The notes beneath the pieces were generated by a model that saw only the letters and a list, made by a program, of their open reading frames with translations, searched no databases and was not told the origin of the DNA. Position numbers and translations under genes: made by a program. DNA of 64,000 bases from Azolla caroliniana. Lineage: Eukaryota; Plantae; Polypodiophyta. Positions 37,385-51,046 of the stretch are shown here, piece by piece; within the stretch, counting starts at the first letter, position 1; the number at the start of each line of letters is the position of its first letter. Where the stretch lies: NCBI GenBank assembly GCA_043228905.1, contig JBHGNT010000007.1:744001-808000 (forward strand). The letters run 5' to 3'.

Positions 37385-37744
37385 CATAGTGATGCAAATA
37401 ACTCCTGAATGTATATTTTGTGCAACGATATGTAACAAATTTAGACAACATTTTATTCAATGATATACAAAAGTTTATTGTTTTGAAATCTTTTGCTTTT
37501 GATTTCTTTAAGATCTAAAACATTAGTAGTTGTCATTTTTGCTTTAAAATAGACAAAGTTACTTTTCGTGTTTGGCCAAATTTTGATATTTCCCAATTTT
37601 AGCAAATGGTGAAATTTTTAGCTTTTTCATCAAGTTTTTGAGAACGTGTGATACTAGTATCAAGGTGTTTTGTGAAATGGCCAAAAAAGCCCCAAAATTA
37701 GACGGAATATTCCTTATCCTTCCACTTGTGAACGTGAACATGTT

Positions 37745-39010
37745 CAGTGCAGAAACATGAACAACACCTTCTTATGAAGAACACCAAGTTAGCATTGTAA
37801 AGCAAGATCAAAGGAGGCAAAATGAGAGAGAGAGAGAGAGAAATGGGACATGAAATGTAATTGTATAAACTCGGAGTTATAATAGAATGAAGGTAACAAC
37901 TTTTTGAGCTTGGTTACAAAGCCCATTATATACTAATTGAGCTAGGGCAACTGCCCTGAGGTGCTCAAGATGTAGACGGTCTACCACACCTGGGGAGAGC
38001 TCAAGAGGCGGCTCCTCGAGCGGTATGGACTTAAAGACTCTCTCTGGTTGTCAAAGAACTCGTGTAGTACACACACGCACGTTACGCGACACCATTGGTA
38101 CTAGCCATGGTGTGTCCAGAAAACTTTGGTGCATTGCTTACCCAGGACTTGGAGCCCTTCATAGAATGCCTTTCACAGGTTTGACCTTCATAGAATGCCC
38201 TTCGTGTAATCGCCTTTTATGGACTGAAGCAAGTTCGTGGAATCCCTTTGTGGATTGAAGGTGTGCTCGTGCTTTGATTGTGTGTTTTTTCTTTGAAGGC
38301 ACACTCATGTTTTCGAGGGGCACTGGATCGAAGTCCCATTCGTGGACTCCCTCTGTGGAATCCCTTTCAGGATTTCCTTTTGAAGGCCTTTCTTGGTGTG
38401 GTTGTGAATCAACCTCTCTCTCTCTCTCTCTCGGTGTGGTTGTGAATCAACCTTCTTCTCTTTGTCATTTCACATGGCATCACGGTGAAATTAATGAAGT
38501 TTAAGACTAACAATGTTCTATTATGACGAATATTAGATTAAAAACAGAATGTTTAGTGTTTGGTTACAACGAAGCACCCCTTTAACATAGGATATGTGGG
38601 AGACAAGGTTAGGGGTTTGATTAGACCAAAAAGCAAGAAATAGTTTAGCTTTGTGAGTTTTAGCAAGGCCCACCTATATTTAATAGCTACATCTCCAAAC
38701 AAATCAAACAAAACATAAACTCAACCTATCCACCGCCAAACTACTTGACCCTCATAATTGTTGTTGACAATGGAGAAGTGAAGAAAAATAGAGAAATGTC
38801 CCAACCAAAGTTTCCTACCCAAACCCCTAATAATCGTGAAGAGAATAAAACCTCTACAAAGAACCGCAAAAAACATTCTTCCAGAAATGTTCGACCCTCT
38901 CATTTGTCTCTCCCCTCTCCTTTTATACTTAAAGAGAGGGATAACACTCTAATCCAATGCTTTCCTTTTGAAGATTCGAAGCCTTCACCTTTCCTTACAC
39001 AATATATGGC
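37745..39010. mobile_element. Probable LTR remnants
   Basis: LTR-like motifs shared with 11158-11482 (GGTTACAAAG, TATATACT, TAGGGCAACTGCCCT); boundaries unclear. Confidence 0.4.
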
Positions 39011-39630
39011 CTTAACCATTTAATGCATTTCAAATCCTTTATCTTTCCTCATAGAATATGTGGCTTAACCATTTAGTTGTAAACTCTTCACCATTCTATT
39101 ATTCTTTTTAAACATATAATTTTATAAATTTACACATTTTATGGGCACTCCTTTTTCCATGTTTCCACCCTTGTACCCGCCGAGTCATCATAATATTCTT
39201 TTTTTCTCTTTCCCATATGTTGTGATTTTATCTTTTCTAACTATAATTGTTCTCTTTCCAATCTTGTTTAATTAGGAAAATAGGAAAATGCATATAAAAT
39301 TATAATTAGCAGAAAGAACTAAGAAAAAGATATGTCTTTGGGTTTACTATCTCCCAAAATATGCGAAAATTTATATGATCATGAAAGAATGCAATAGAGG
39401 AGTTCCATTTCACAACCCACATTAACAGGATGGTCGTGGAAGTTATTGCTACAAGAGATAAATGTCATTGCCACCAAGTTGTTTGTATAATTGCAAAACC
39501 ATGTCTGTAATGTGGTTAGATTGCATAATTTGTAGTTATTTCTCTATTTCTAGGGAAAAAACTAATCTTTATATTGAAGAACGTATCTTTATTTATAGGA
39601 AAAAAGTGTAGTCCATGTTCATACACCTAT

Positions 39631-40972
39631 GTAATCTATAAAGAAAAGATTTTCCATTTTCACAACCCACATAAACTTGACCGATAGTGATGCCATTGCT
39701 AGAGGAGATAAATATCATTCTTGATTGTGAGAGAATATCAATAATGTGGCGTGTTGCATGGTCTATGTTGTGTTTATTTCTAGGAAAAAAACTAATATTT
39801 GTTTTGAAGAGCATATATTTGATTATAGGATAAAAAAACTAATCTTTGTAGTTCACTCTCATACACTTATGTAATGTATAAAAAAGAATTAGTATGTAAC
39901 ATACTCTATATCACATTACATGTTGTGAAGGTTACATCGGCATAATGTAATCTCCCTTACACCTATGCCATGTAAATTATAGGAAATAAATCTCCAACAA
40001 ACTAAAAGAGGTTAAGGGGAAGCTCCAAGAATTTGATACACAAGAAGGCCTAAGAGAAATGGTTCTCCTCATATCCCAAATAACTAAGCACAATTTGAGC
40101 ATTGCTTTAGTGTATCATTGTGTGACTCAGTCTTAACAACATTTACAATCGAGAACATTACCAATAGTAACATCTCATGTTTTTGAATTAGTTTATTATT
40201 AGTAATTCTATACTTCTAGTTTTATTTCGATTAAGAGCTCGGTTGGTCGAATTGGCCATTATTAGGGGCTATGGGACGAAGGTCACATATTCTTACTCAG
40301 TCGCTCGCCCTTCATGCTGAATCCGCTTCTTTTCTTTTCTTTCTTGCGCGCCCTTATTGATTCAAGAGTGTCTATAGTGGGATAGTGCTTGGAGTGCTTT
40401 TTACATTAATAGCTCGATGGTACCAATTCATTGTGGCCTCTTGAACATTTTCACTAAGTATAAAGTTTCTTCCCATCTGCAATTTAACATTTGATTTTAC
40501 TAGTGCACGTCTGAGAAATAAATAATGTACCCTAGAACACAACTTTACATGCCTAATCAAAGGATTGATAAGAAAGAGTGAAAAGGAGATTTTTTTAACT
40601 AATGGTGGAATTCATATTATGAAAAGTAACATCATGGAAGAGGAGGACAAGGAAGAAAATCAAACCCTTAATATGAACATTCAAATAACAATAAATAACA
40701 AAGCAAAATTTCCTATTTTTCATTTCAAAGCAATAAGCACAACACAACTCCCTAGGTACCTCAACACCATAAGATTGCAAATTTTGTGACCCAATGAGTA
40801 GCCTTTCTTGCAATTTTGTAATAAGAAACAAAAGGAACTAGTCAACATGAAACCCAATTATGTTTCTTCACAAGAACCTAACTAAATTTCAGATCAAATT
40901 ACTAGCAATCTAAGGGATATGAAATAATGATTTTGGGTTGACATGTATCCATGGAAGACCATCCATCTAACT
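39631..40972 (-). repeat. Distal copy of the MLO last intron, last exon and 3' region
   Basis: Direct repeat of 43115-44656; the latter has an extra insertion of about 230 bp at about 43357-43589. Confidence 0.92.
40372..40476 (-). CDS. MLO: Alternative (distal) MLO terminal exon 15b
   Basis: TTGCAG acceptor, then MGRNFILSENVQEATMNWYHRAINVKSTPSTIPL*, in phase 0 with exon 14. Confidence 0.6.
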   Translation of the reverse strand: MGRNFILSENVQEATMNWYHRAINVKSTPSTIPL

Positions 40973-41268
40973 TGTATTTTGCTTCTTCTTATTGTTCAGA
41001 CTTGCCTAAGCTCAAGGATGTTCGTGAGATCATGACAAACAAGTACGAGAAGGAATTTTGTGTAGGTTCTCTAGTTAGTAAATAGTTTTTGCAAGCATTC
41101 TATGAAACATTTGTTGGGGCTTGTCCACTCAAGTGGAGCCTATAACATTGGAGCCGGCTGAGAGCTAAAGGGCTGATTGAAAATCGACTATGTGTTAGTA
41201 ATCGACTGTGTGTTAGTAATCGACTGAGCATACAACCGATTGGGAGTCGGTTGAGCGCCGAATTGGCG

Positions 41269-41302
41269 TATGTATGTATGTATGTATGTATGTATGTATG
41301 TA

Positions 41303-41338
<36 letters not shown>

Positions 41339-41352
41339 TGTATGTATGTATG
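41269..41352. repeat. (TATG)n microsatellite
   Basis: Direct reading. Confidence 0.95.
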
Positions 41353-41704
41353 CCTTTTTCTTTGTATGTTTTTTGGGTGTGTGTCTTTTGTGTGTGTGAG
41401 TGTGAACACATGTATATAGACGTTGGACAATAAGGAGAAAAACATAAAAGAAGGAGGAAAAATAGTGGGACCTATTTTTTTGGAGAACACGAAGCAAAAT
41501 AGAAAACACAAAGAGAAAAACACAGAGAGTAAAATAGAAAACGAAAGAGTGAGCAAGAGGAAGAGTGGACTACCAATGCAGAGACAGAGACCTACGAGGA
41601 TTGTTCGTGTTATCAGAGAACCACGATTGAATAGCACATGTCCTGTCTACTTGTATCAGGTTTCTCCGTTTTATGTTTTTCTTGTTTCTGTTTTTTTAGT
41701 TTTT

Positions 41705-42320
41705 CTATCCACCCAGTTAGGTGAGGAATTATAATCTGGGTTATTGTTGTTGGTTTATCCACCCAATCAGGTGACGATTGTAGCCAAGGTTTTTGCCTTG
41801 AGGCTAGCACATTTCTTGTGCTTATTGTTGTTGTATCCACCCAATCGGGTGAAGATTGTAGCCAAGGTTGTTTGTTGCCTTGAGGCTAGCACATTTCTTG
41901 TGCTTATTGTTGTTGTATCCACCCAATCGGGTGAAGATTGTAGCCAAGGTTGTTTGTTGCCTTGAGGCTAGCTCATTTCTTGTGCTTATTGTTGTTGTAT
42001 CCACCCAATCGGGTGACGATTGTAGCCAAGGTTGTTGCCTTGGGCTAGCACATTTCTTGTGCCAATTGTTGTTGTATCCACCCAATCAGGTGAAGATTGT
42101 AGCTAAGGTTGTTGCCTTGAGGCTAGCACATTTTCTCTTGTCAAAACCTAGAGAGTTCATACTCAATTGTACCCACTATTGTGTAGCCAAGGTTGTTGCC
42201 TTGAGGTTTGTATGTTCCTCTAGTCAAAACCTAGAGAGGTTGTATTCAGTTTGTAATCTTTATTATTCTATCGACCCGATTGGGTGAAGGTTGTAACCAA
42301 GGCCATTGCCGTGAGGTAGA
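41705..42320. repeat. Tandem array of about 77-82-bp units within the solo LTR
   Basis: ATCCACCCAATC recurs near 41757, 41835, 41917, 41999 and 42076, with degenerate flanking copies. Confidence 0.9.
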
Positions 42321-44064
42321 TACATTCCTCTAGTGAGGTCGTATTATGTTGTACTCAAAAATATAATGAAGTTGTTTATAACCTATGGTTCTCGTGGTTT
42401 TTCCCAATTTTGGGTTTTCCACGATAAATTTTTTGGTGTACTCTCATTTTCGTCTTGTGGTTTCATCTAGTGTTAATCGTGTTTGAAACTTAAATCATCC
42501 AGATTTAGTCCCATATTCCCAACAACACCCTCTGGAGACTGTAAGCAAGAGTTGATGAAGAAAATATGTGTAGAATTCTAGATAAAATATCCTCCACAAG
42601 TGAAGCTTTCTTCAAAGGTATTCCCAACAAGCAATTTCATCAATGATTCCTGAAGAAAATAGTGCATTTGTTCATGGGCAAGATGTATCTTACAAGAGCT
42701 TCGATACCCATGGCATGTGTTGGCTAGAAGGAAAATTCATCACAAGAAGATTAGATCTTCTAAAGCTATTGCAGATACACACACACTGATATGACTATGC
42801 AACTAGTTGGGAACATGAAATGAAGAAAAGGCATGGACGTTGAGTCTGTAGAGCAGATCTCGAGGGAAGTCATTTCTGTATGATTGATTGCGTGAGCCAA
42901 TACATGAAAAGGCTAACATTGAAGAGGTAGACAATAAACAATCAAATGCTAGAATATATGAGCTAAGAGAACCAAATTAAGCAGAACAGTATTACGGGGA
43001 AGAATATGTGATTGCCTCAAATGATTTCAATGCCTTGGAGAAGTTTTCTCCTTGAAGGTTACATTCGAAGCGAGGAGCAAGGTAAACCAAAGCTTGAAGG
43101 ACCTGAGATTAGAAGTAATGTATAAAGAAAAGATTTTCCGTTTTCACAACCCACATAAACTTGACTGATAGTGATTCGACTGCTAGAGGAGATAAATATC
43201 GTTCTTGATTGTAAGAGAATATCAATAATGTGGCTTGTGGCATGGTCTATGTCGTGTTTATTTCTAGGAAAAAAACTAATATTTGTATTGAAGAGCATAT
43301 ATTTGATTATAGGATAAAAACATGAATCATTGTAGTTCACACTCATACACTTATGTTACACATAGAACATAATATTTGTGTTCATGCAAGGATTCAAACG
43401 TTTGAAAACGAACATGTTTGAAAAGGGAAAAATGCGTGCTCCTTTTTTTTTTCTTTTTTCTCATTTGCTCTTCATTACAAATTTAGCTCATAATATAGAC
43501 CATAGTCAATCCAATCCAACTTTGAGATGATTTGCCATACACGTTTGATTGAATCATTCTCGAATGCGAATGCATGTATGATAGATACATAATGTATAAA
43601 AAAGCATTAATATATAACATACTCTATATCACATTACATGTTGTGAAGGTTACATCGGTGTAATGCAATCTCCATTACACCGATGTCATGTAAATTACAG
43701 GAATTAATTCTCCAACAAACTAAAACACGTTAAAGGGAAGCTCCAAGAATTTGATACACAAGAAGGCCTAAGAGATATGGTTCTTCTCATATCCCAAATA
43801 ACTAAGAACAATTTGAGCATTGCTTTAGTGTATGATTGTGTTACTCAGTCTTCACAACATTTACAATCGAGAAAACTACCAATAGTTTATTATTAGTAAT
43901 TCTATACTTCTAGTTTTATTCTGCTTAACAACTTGGTTGGCTGAATTGGCCTTTATCAAGGGCTATGGAACGAAGGCCACATATTCTTACTCGGCCCCCG
44001 CCCTTCATGCTAAAGCCATTTTTCTTCTTTTCTTTCTTGCGTGGCCTTATTGATTCAAGTTTGT

Positions 44065-47000
44065 CTACAGTGGAGCAATGCTTCGTAGATTAATAGCTCG
44101 ATGGTTTATTGTTACGTCTTGAACATTTTCAGGAAGTGTCTTCATCGTTAAGTTGCTTCCCATCTACAATTTAACATTCAATTTTACTAATGCACGTCTC
44201 AGAAATAAATAATGTAAGTTAGAACCCAATTTTACATGCCTAATCAAAGGATTGATAAGAAAGAGTGAAAAGGAGATTTTTTTAACTAATGATGGAATTC
44301 ATATTATGAAAAGTAACTTCATGGAAGAGGACAAGGAAGAAAATCAAACCCTTAATATGAACATTCAAATAACAATAAATGGTAACGTAGAAATTCCTAT
44401 TTTTCACTTCATAGCAATGAGCACAACACAACTCCCTAGGTACCTCAACACCATAAGATTGCAATTTTTGTGACCCAATGAGTTGCCTTTCTTGCTATTG
44501 GGCAATTAGAAACAAAAGGAACCAATCGACATGAAACCCAATTATTTTTCTTAACAAGAACCTAGCTAAATTTCAGATCAAATTACTAGCAATCTAAGGG
44601 ATATGAAATAATGATTTTGGGTTGACATGTATCCATGGAAGACCATCCATCTAACTAGATTCTATAGAGTAAATAAATGCTTCCTTTCCCAGAAATTTAG
44701 TTTAATGCATGCATCAGACATTCTAGATCTTTGTTGCACTTTGAGCACTAGTAGGCAATGGATACACGCTATCATGTGTTGATTGTCTCAGGCAATGGAC
44801 ACAAATGAATTATAAAACTTTTATGAATACTTATTCTTCAGATCCTACAATGTTGAAGGACATGGGAAAGTGTGATGAATTGTTAGTCATCTAATGCCCA
44901 AATCATGTCTCAAATTTAGGTGCACACCACTCAATGGCGCAATCCTTTGAGGATCGAATGCATGGGAAATATGTTTAGTTTTTAAAAATTCATTGGTGTA
45001 GATACATATTAGTACTTCAGAGTCCTATTCGAGGCATTTCTATACATGTTCATAGACATGGGATATTATAGTTATTATACAAGTACCTAATTAACAAGTT
45101 GAGCACAACACAGTCACCAACCTAACAATTTTCTCTACATAAAAATAGTATGAGTTTTGTAAATAAATGTTCCTTAAGTGGAATGCATGTTTGAATGTGC
45201 TATGTTATTACCTTCTCTATCCTACACTTTGCATACCTGTGAAACAAGAGCGTAAATCGGGAGTGTAATGTAGCAACACATGATCAATGAGATGATTCTG
45301 AAAGAAATGATTGTCACTTGTGATGAAAGCGTAAACTCACAATACTTATTCTAGAAAAATGAGCTCAAAATCTTACGCAAGGGCTAGATTGACTGCGATT
45401 GAAACCTTCTTAGGGAATAAACAAGAGTAGGTTTCATTTTCAAAAGTGATCTGGAAAAAGAGAACATGAAAAGTTAATACAACAAGAGGGTATAATATAA
45501 ATATATGGAAGTATACTAGGTATAATATATCAACTACATATCTTCCTTTTTTTGGGAAAAAAACTCCATATCTTACAATGCTCCATATGACGGTGGATAT
45601 TGTAATTGCGTTCTGCATCCATCAATACATGCGAGAAATATTGACAAAAGAATAGGTAACACACACTATACTAAACTTTGAGTATAATCATAACTAAATG
45701 AGCAATGTACAGATGTACATGTAAACATATGCACACAAAATGTAAAATTAACCTGGAAAATTATAAGGTGAATGACGCGGATGATGAACTTTGGATATTT
45801 GAACCAAAACAATTTATTGCTTGATTTCACATCGGGCACACCTATGGCTACTGACTGGAATTCAATTGCCATCTTCGTGATGACGTGCTCTAGTTGTGTC
45901 CCAATTATGAGGACTAACTGCTCAATCAAGAAATACACATAGAAACTCATAGTCAACATTGTAAAAATATTGCACTTTATTAAATCTTTTTTCTCTTAAT
46001 GTTTTGTGATTAGAAAGTGTTAGAAGGATTAGAACATACAACAACTTGTAGAATAGAAGTCCAATAATATGTTTCCCAACCTGTAGTTTTATAACATATA
46101 TAGGTTAATATATGGTGCATCTCAGAATAGTTCTTAGTTAGAGTTCTATTACCTTTGTTGCCAGTGACCCTAGGTGCAAATGACACAATAATAAGGAGGC
46201 AAAAGCTTAATCTTTGTATACCAATTACTTTAAAACCCATATGGCCACTTGTTTTATGCCACCTATATAAAGCATAATTATTTTCTGGCCTAATTGACTT
46301 TATCAATGTGAGTTCATATGTACATGCTCCTCCAAAGTTATTGGAACCCTAATCATCATTCGGACATAGAAATTTACATTACTTTTCTCAACTTCTAGGT
46401 CTTTTTATTGAAGTATGCAAAGATTTCATCATACTACACTTTCATTGTCGTGTAGATGTAATTAAGAAGATAAGGAAATGTGAGTTACCCCACCAAGAAG
46501 CTATGGTCAGGATACCATTTACATCAAGACCATGGGGCACACCCACATCGAAACACTTCAACCCCCCGCTGCTTTTCGAGAGACTTGGATGGAAATGATG
46601 CTATAGTCTGAACAGATAGCCTTTTCCTTTATAGAATGTGTTATAATCCATGCTAGAACTCATTTATTTATTTATTTTATTTATGATGATTGGGTTCATA
46701 TCCTATTATTGTAATCAATTGTCTCATGGGCCAAATGTGGTCTTAGAAGACATCAATATATCTTTCTTTCTTTCTTTCTTCTATTAAATGAACAAAACAT
46801 GATGAGATACTTATTAGCAAAATTGAAAAAGAATGTCAACGGAACTCACCATTAATGTTCACCAACATCAATAAAACGATATACCCCCATAGAGGGGGAC
46901 TGTTCAATACAACCCAACAAAAAAACAACGATCATGTGTAAGGATGTGTTAATTATGGCTCCATGGAAGAACAAGATGATGTTTTAGAACAACCTTGGCT

Positions 47001-50000
47001 AGAACAAGTTAATCTATCTACAAATTACCTTACTCCGACCACATGTCTGAAGTCATCTTCCAATGTCTTGATTATATTGTCATGGAAGTGAAAGGGGGCT
47101 AGACGTGAAGTTGACATATCAGTCTATTTAATTTCAATATGAAAAACAACAATTTGTCATGTGAGATACTAATAACATAGAGGCAAAATGTTAAATATAT
47201 ATTAAAACCTGTATAATTTTATAATATACCTCGATAAATCCATGTCTCAAAGTTTGGTAATCTGTTTCACTGACGGATTTGTAGAACATTCTAAAGAACG
47301 CATGCTAAAAAGTCAAGTACAATCCCTTTGTCAAATCCTTAATGATAATTTAAAGAAGATGAGATGTTTATATTTTAGTCAAAGCAAAGAGAAAATGGTT
47401 TTTTAGTACCACATATGCCAAGACCGGGTTTCTAGTCCATATGCTGGGGGGACGACCTTTACTTTCCTTTGCAGGACAAGTAGCTTCAAAACATGAAAAA
47501 GTACCATACTATCAACGTCAACCATACTTCTCCCGCTTCAAATCATAGTAATATTCCAAAAGATAATCATATAGGTACGCTTCTCAAATTTTATGGAAAA
47601 TATTTAGGCATACATTTACTAATATTAAGAGTGTTTGAGTGTATCTAAGATCATAAAAGGCACATTATCTCAAAGTCTTGTAATTTTCAAACACTATTAC
47701 TTGTATATCACTATATATCGAATCACCAATGGACATGTTTAGATATCATTCAATGGTGAATGAGATGCATTAAGACAAAGTTGAATATTGATTCTTTCAC
47801 TCAAATGTGCCAAAATTCTAGAATTAGGGTCAAATTTATATTCTTCATTACTTTATGTAGAGAAGGGTACCCATGGGCAGTGGATATATATATTGAATAG
47901 AGAATGACTATGCTCTAGTTTTGCAAAACAAATACCTCTATCTTCCAATTGTTTCATACATGCACTTGAAAAGGATTATGATCCTTATTAGTTCTCCTAA
48001 ATTGTCTTTCAATTATAACTTGTTCATGACTATTTCAATAATAACAAGGCTCGAGGGTTGTTTTGGATTACTAGCTGGTATTCATAAATAACAAAAAGTT
48101 TAGATGTTTGGTAAACCAAATAAATTAAAAGCTTATAGTTAAAGGCACACCTAGACAATTTTGCTTTTGATTTTAGAATTAGTTTCTAGTGATAAAAGAA
48201 AAGAGAAAGGGACTAGGTATGATATTTAAATCGTAAGTAAAAGACACATAAAAATGCCTATTCCTTAAGGATAAATGGAAGTAACGAAACCCCATGATGG
48301 AGCTATATTTAAAGAGAGAGAGAGAGAGAGAGAGAGAGAACAAGATAGTCTCTTATGGATATAAGGTATCCTTGAATATTAAAGTGAATGGATGGAGACA
48401 AAATTGGGTTCAAAGACCCTCCTCCTCTAATACTTAAAGTGAATGGACGGAGACAATGTATAAGGTTAAAAAAATGCATAAAGCGATTCGGCATCTACTC
48501 TCGAACCTACATCCATCTTATAAAAACCTAAAAGTCCAAGGGGTTCGAGAAGCGAAGATTGAACTCAAAGAGATGGATCCATCCAAGTGAATACCTAGTA
48601 AGATGATCCTAACCTTCCAAACAAGAGAGAGCTAAAACAACACGAGTATTCTTATACAACAAAAAATATTGACACAAGCCCTGCACTTACCCGAACCATG
48701 AGAAGAAGCCGACACATCTTTGTCCATGGAATTTTTCTCCCACGTCCTCCACTCTTGCACCTTCAGAAAGAACACACCAAATAAGTACTGGATTTCAATG
48801 AATCCATCTAATCTTTTGGGTATTGCATCAATCATATATCTATATGTCTATCTATGTATCTATCTATCAGTATATGTATGTATGTATGCATTTATATCGA
48901 TCTATCTATCTATAAGCCTACCATGTGACCTGAATGATCTTAAACTTTATACCTTCGTTCTTGCAAGGCCCATAGTCAGAACAGTGATGAAGACATGCAC
49001 CAGAACCAAGACAAATAAGAAGATGTGAAGTTGGTGCAATCCAGTCACTGGGATTAAGTTTGATTTCCCCTGCAACAGGACAACATTTAGAGAGGGGGAT
49101 TACTGAAGAGATTAATATAGAACGAGATAATTACTTAAGAACAATGGGCAACTACATTAATAGAATATTAGGTGTATATAATTGATGCATCAACATTCAT
49201 GAAATTGCACAAGAACTTTGAGCCTAAGAAGGTATATTTGGGCAAATCTCTTGATAATCACTTAAGAACAATGGGCAACTACATTAATAGAATATTAGGT
49301 GTATATAATTGATGCATTAACATTCATGAAATTGCACAAGAACTTTGAGCCTAAGAAGGTATATTTGGGCAAATCTCTTGCTAATGTAGGAGAGAAGGCA
49401 CACTTCTTAATTGTGAGGGTGATCTCATCAAATCTTCAATACTATTAACTTAGGGATTTTGCAAGATAACTAATATTTATACATAACACAATGGAAGATG
49501 AATATGTTGGATCCTTTTGCTTACTTCGCCACATGTATCATGATCCATCAACTGTATTTGCTCGTGCATGGTTTCAGGTTTGCATTGGTGCATTGATTTC
49601 ATCCATTTGGAAGGGACACAGATTTTCGAGACGTAGTCTTCGCCTACTGTGAGAGCTATTGAGATGAAACCCACTAGCATAAGCTCTGCCATTTCCAAAA
49701 CATTAAAAAATCACATTTTAAAGCATGAATCGGAATCATGTAGGGATTAATATGATATAATTAAAAATCCATCCATTAATCATATTTGATTCTTATGAAT
49801 GTAGGTTCATTCATTTGGAAAAAAATTTAAAATTAAGACTCATTAAAGAGCTGAATGCAATCAGCCAATGCTACCTTCCTTTATCTTCTCAAGTGCTTTG
49901 CCAAGGTCCTTCTTCTTGTGTTTCTTCAAAGACTATGATCACAAGTATAAATTATTACGGAGCATTGGAAACAATAATTCAGATGTGCAAGTAGCTCTAG

Positions 50001-50254
50001 TAATCAGATATTAGTATGCACACACATTATTATTATTATTGAAGAACTAGATGGGTCATATGTTATATTTATGTATGCAATAATATATTGGGATTAGACT
50101 GGATGGTAATGGTAAGACTTACTTTTCCAATGGCAAATATGCCTCTCTCAAGTATAAGGGAGATTAAGACGAAAATGAAGCAAGCCAAAGAAATGGCCCA
50201 TGTGGGGCTATTGATTACTCCCAAATTATGATCAGATTCTCCACCGCCGGCCAT
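44065..50254 (-). CDS. MLO: MLO-like seven-transmembrane protein, 15 exons, about 435 aa
   Basis: Exons 50254-50123, 49932-49875, 49685-49525, 49069-48953, 48760-48691, 47483-47410, 47304-47230, 47123-47029, 46899-46850, 46080-46040, 45917-45753, 45612-45577, 45450-45377, 45297-45237 and 44163-44065. All introns are GT-AG and the spliced frame is open (1308 nt). Motifs PTWA, ALEKIKEELMLVGFIS, LHQLHIFLFVL, DYQTLRHGFI, LEDDFRHVVGVS, LFWFKYP, FQNA and YITLPIYALVSQMGS. Confidence 0.95.
49133..49380. repeat. 127-bp tandem duplication in MLO intron 3
   Basis: ACTTAAGAACAATGGGCAACTAC... at 49133 and 49260, nearly identical. Confidence 0.9.
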
Positions 50255-50460
50255 TAGTTTTATTGCAATGGATCCTTGCTTCTTAAGCTGTTGTCAAAGA
50301 ACTGGTAACATATTATTTGAGATTGTGCCCACCATGTCACTTCTTAAACTCCATTAGGGTTATTAAAAAACAACTTAGAAAACTCTTGTGGCATTAGCTA
50401 ATTATAAGAGTCAAGGCCACTAAATTGGTAGCTACAAATAATAGGTAATATAATTGCCGA

Positions 50461-50463
<3 letters not shown>

Positions 50464-50506
<43 letters not shown>
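50464..50506. repeat. (CA)n microsatellite upstream of MLO
   Basis: Direct reading. Confidence 0.95.
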
Positions 50507-50510
<4 letters not shown>

Positions 50511-51046
50511 TGTATAATTAATCCGAAACTAAAATAAAATCTTACCACTAATTCAACTAGGAATATGAAGGGGTGTGCTGAAATAAGAAACTAGTCTCAA
50601 ATTTCAATGAGATGCAAGCATGTCAAGAAACTTGATTAGACAAGGATATAATCAGAACACACATCAATGAATGACATACAAGATTGGTGTGTGTATAAGA
50701 GATAGATAAAGTGCTTGTGTAGGGAGGAGAGATGAAGTTGAGGTACATAACACAACAAACATTGGATTATTTATAGATAGATAGATCAAGACACCCACCA
50801 AGTGGATGCATATGAAGCTAGTGGATGCATATGAAGGTGGACGTAGACAACAGTATTGTGGATTCCTCAAAGTGATATATAAAAGTTATGCCACTTGGAC
50901 TACTTTAATAAAGATTGGTTGATTGACTATTTTAGTCAAACAATTAACTTTGGTGTAGGCTACATGTAGACTGTTGATTGACTATTTTAGTCAAAGAGTT
51001 AACTTTGGTTTAGTCTAAATGTAGACTTCATGATGCAATAATCATC

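Larger units (their letters stand above)
27925..37742 (+). mobile_element. Deleted, non-autonomous copy of the Sola-like DNA transposon, interrupted by a MITE and a copia
   Basis: 29165-29352 plus 37387-37742 match the reverse complement of 52844-53420 (NEDNALIGT...SDANNS and the terminal GGAATATTCCTTATCCTTCCACTTGTGAACGTGAACATG). The left boundary is approximate. Confidence 0.65.
41112..42524 (+). mobile_element. Probable solo LTR
   Basis: TGTTGGG...CCCAACA termini; imperfect TSD ACATT/ACACC; U5-like GTGGTTTTTCCC...GGGTTTTCCACG motif near 42395-42423. Confidence 0.7.

Noticed and set aside
40565-40789. Duplicated plus-strand ORF MIRKSEKEIF (also 44252-44473)
   Set aside because: Short AT-rich ORF within duplicated MLO intron sequence; its recurrence is explained by the duplication.
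41100-41637. HTYI/YVCM-repeat ORFs
   Set aside because: Translations of the (TATG)n microsatellite.
41705-42320. 80-bp repeats and ORFs 41744-42287 as a CRISPR array or repeat protein
   Set aside because: Tandem LTR array without spacers; the ORFs are by-products of the repeat.
42525-43115. Possible coding remnant (with 40975-41110) between the duplicated blocks
   Set aside because: Multiple stops and no recognisable motif, so it cannot be assigned without a search.
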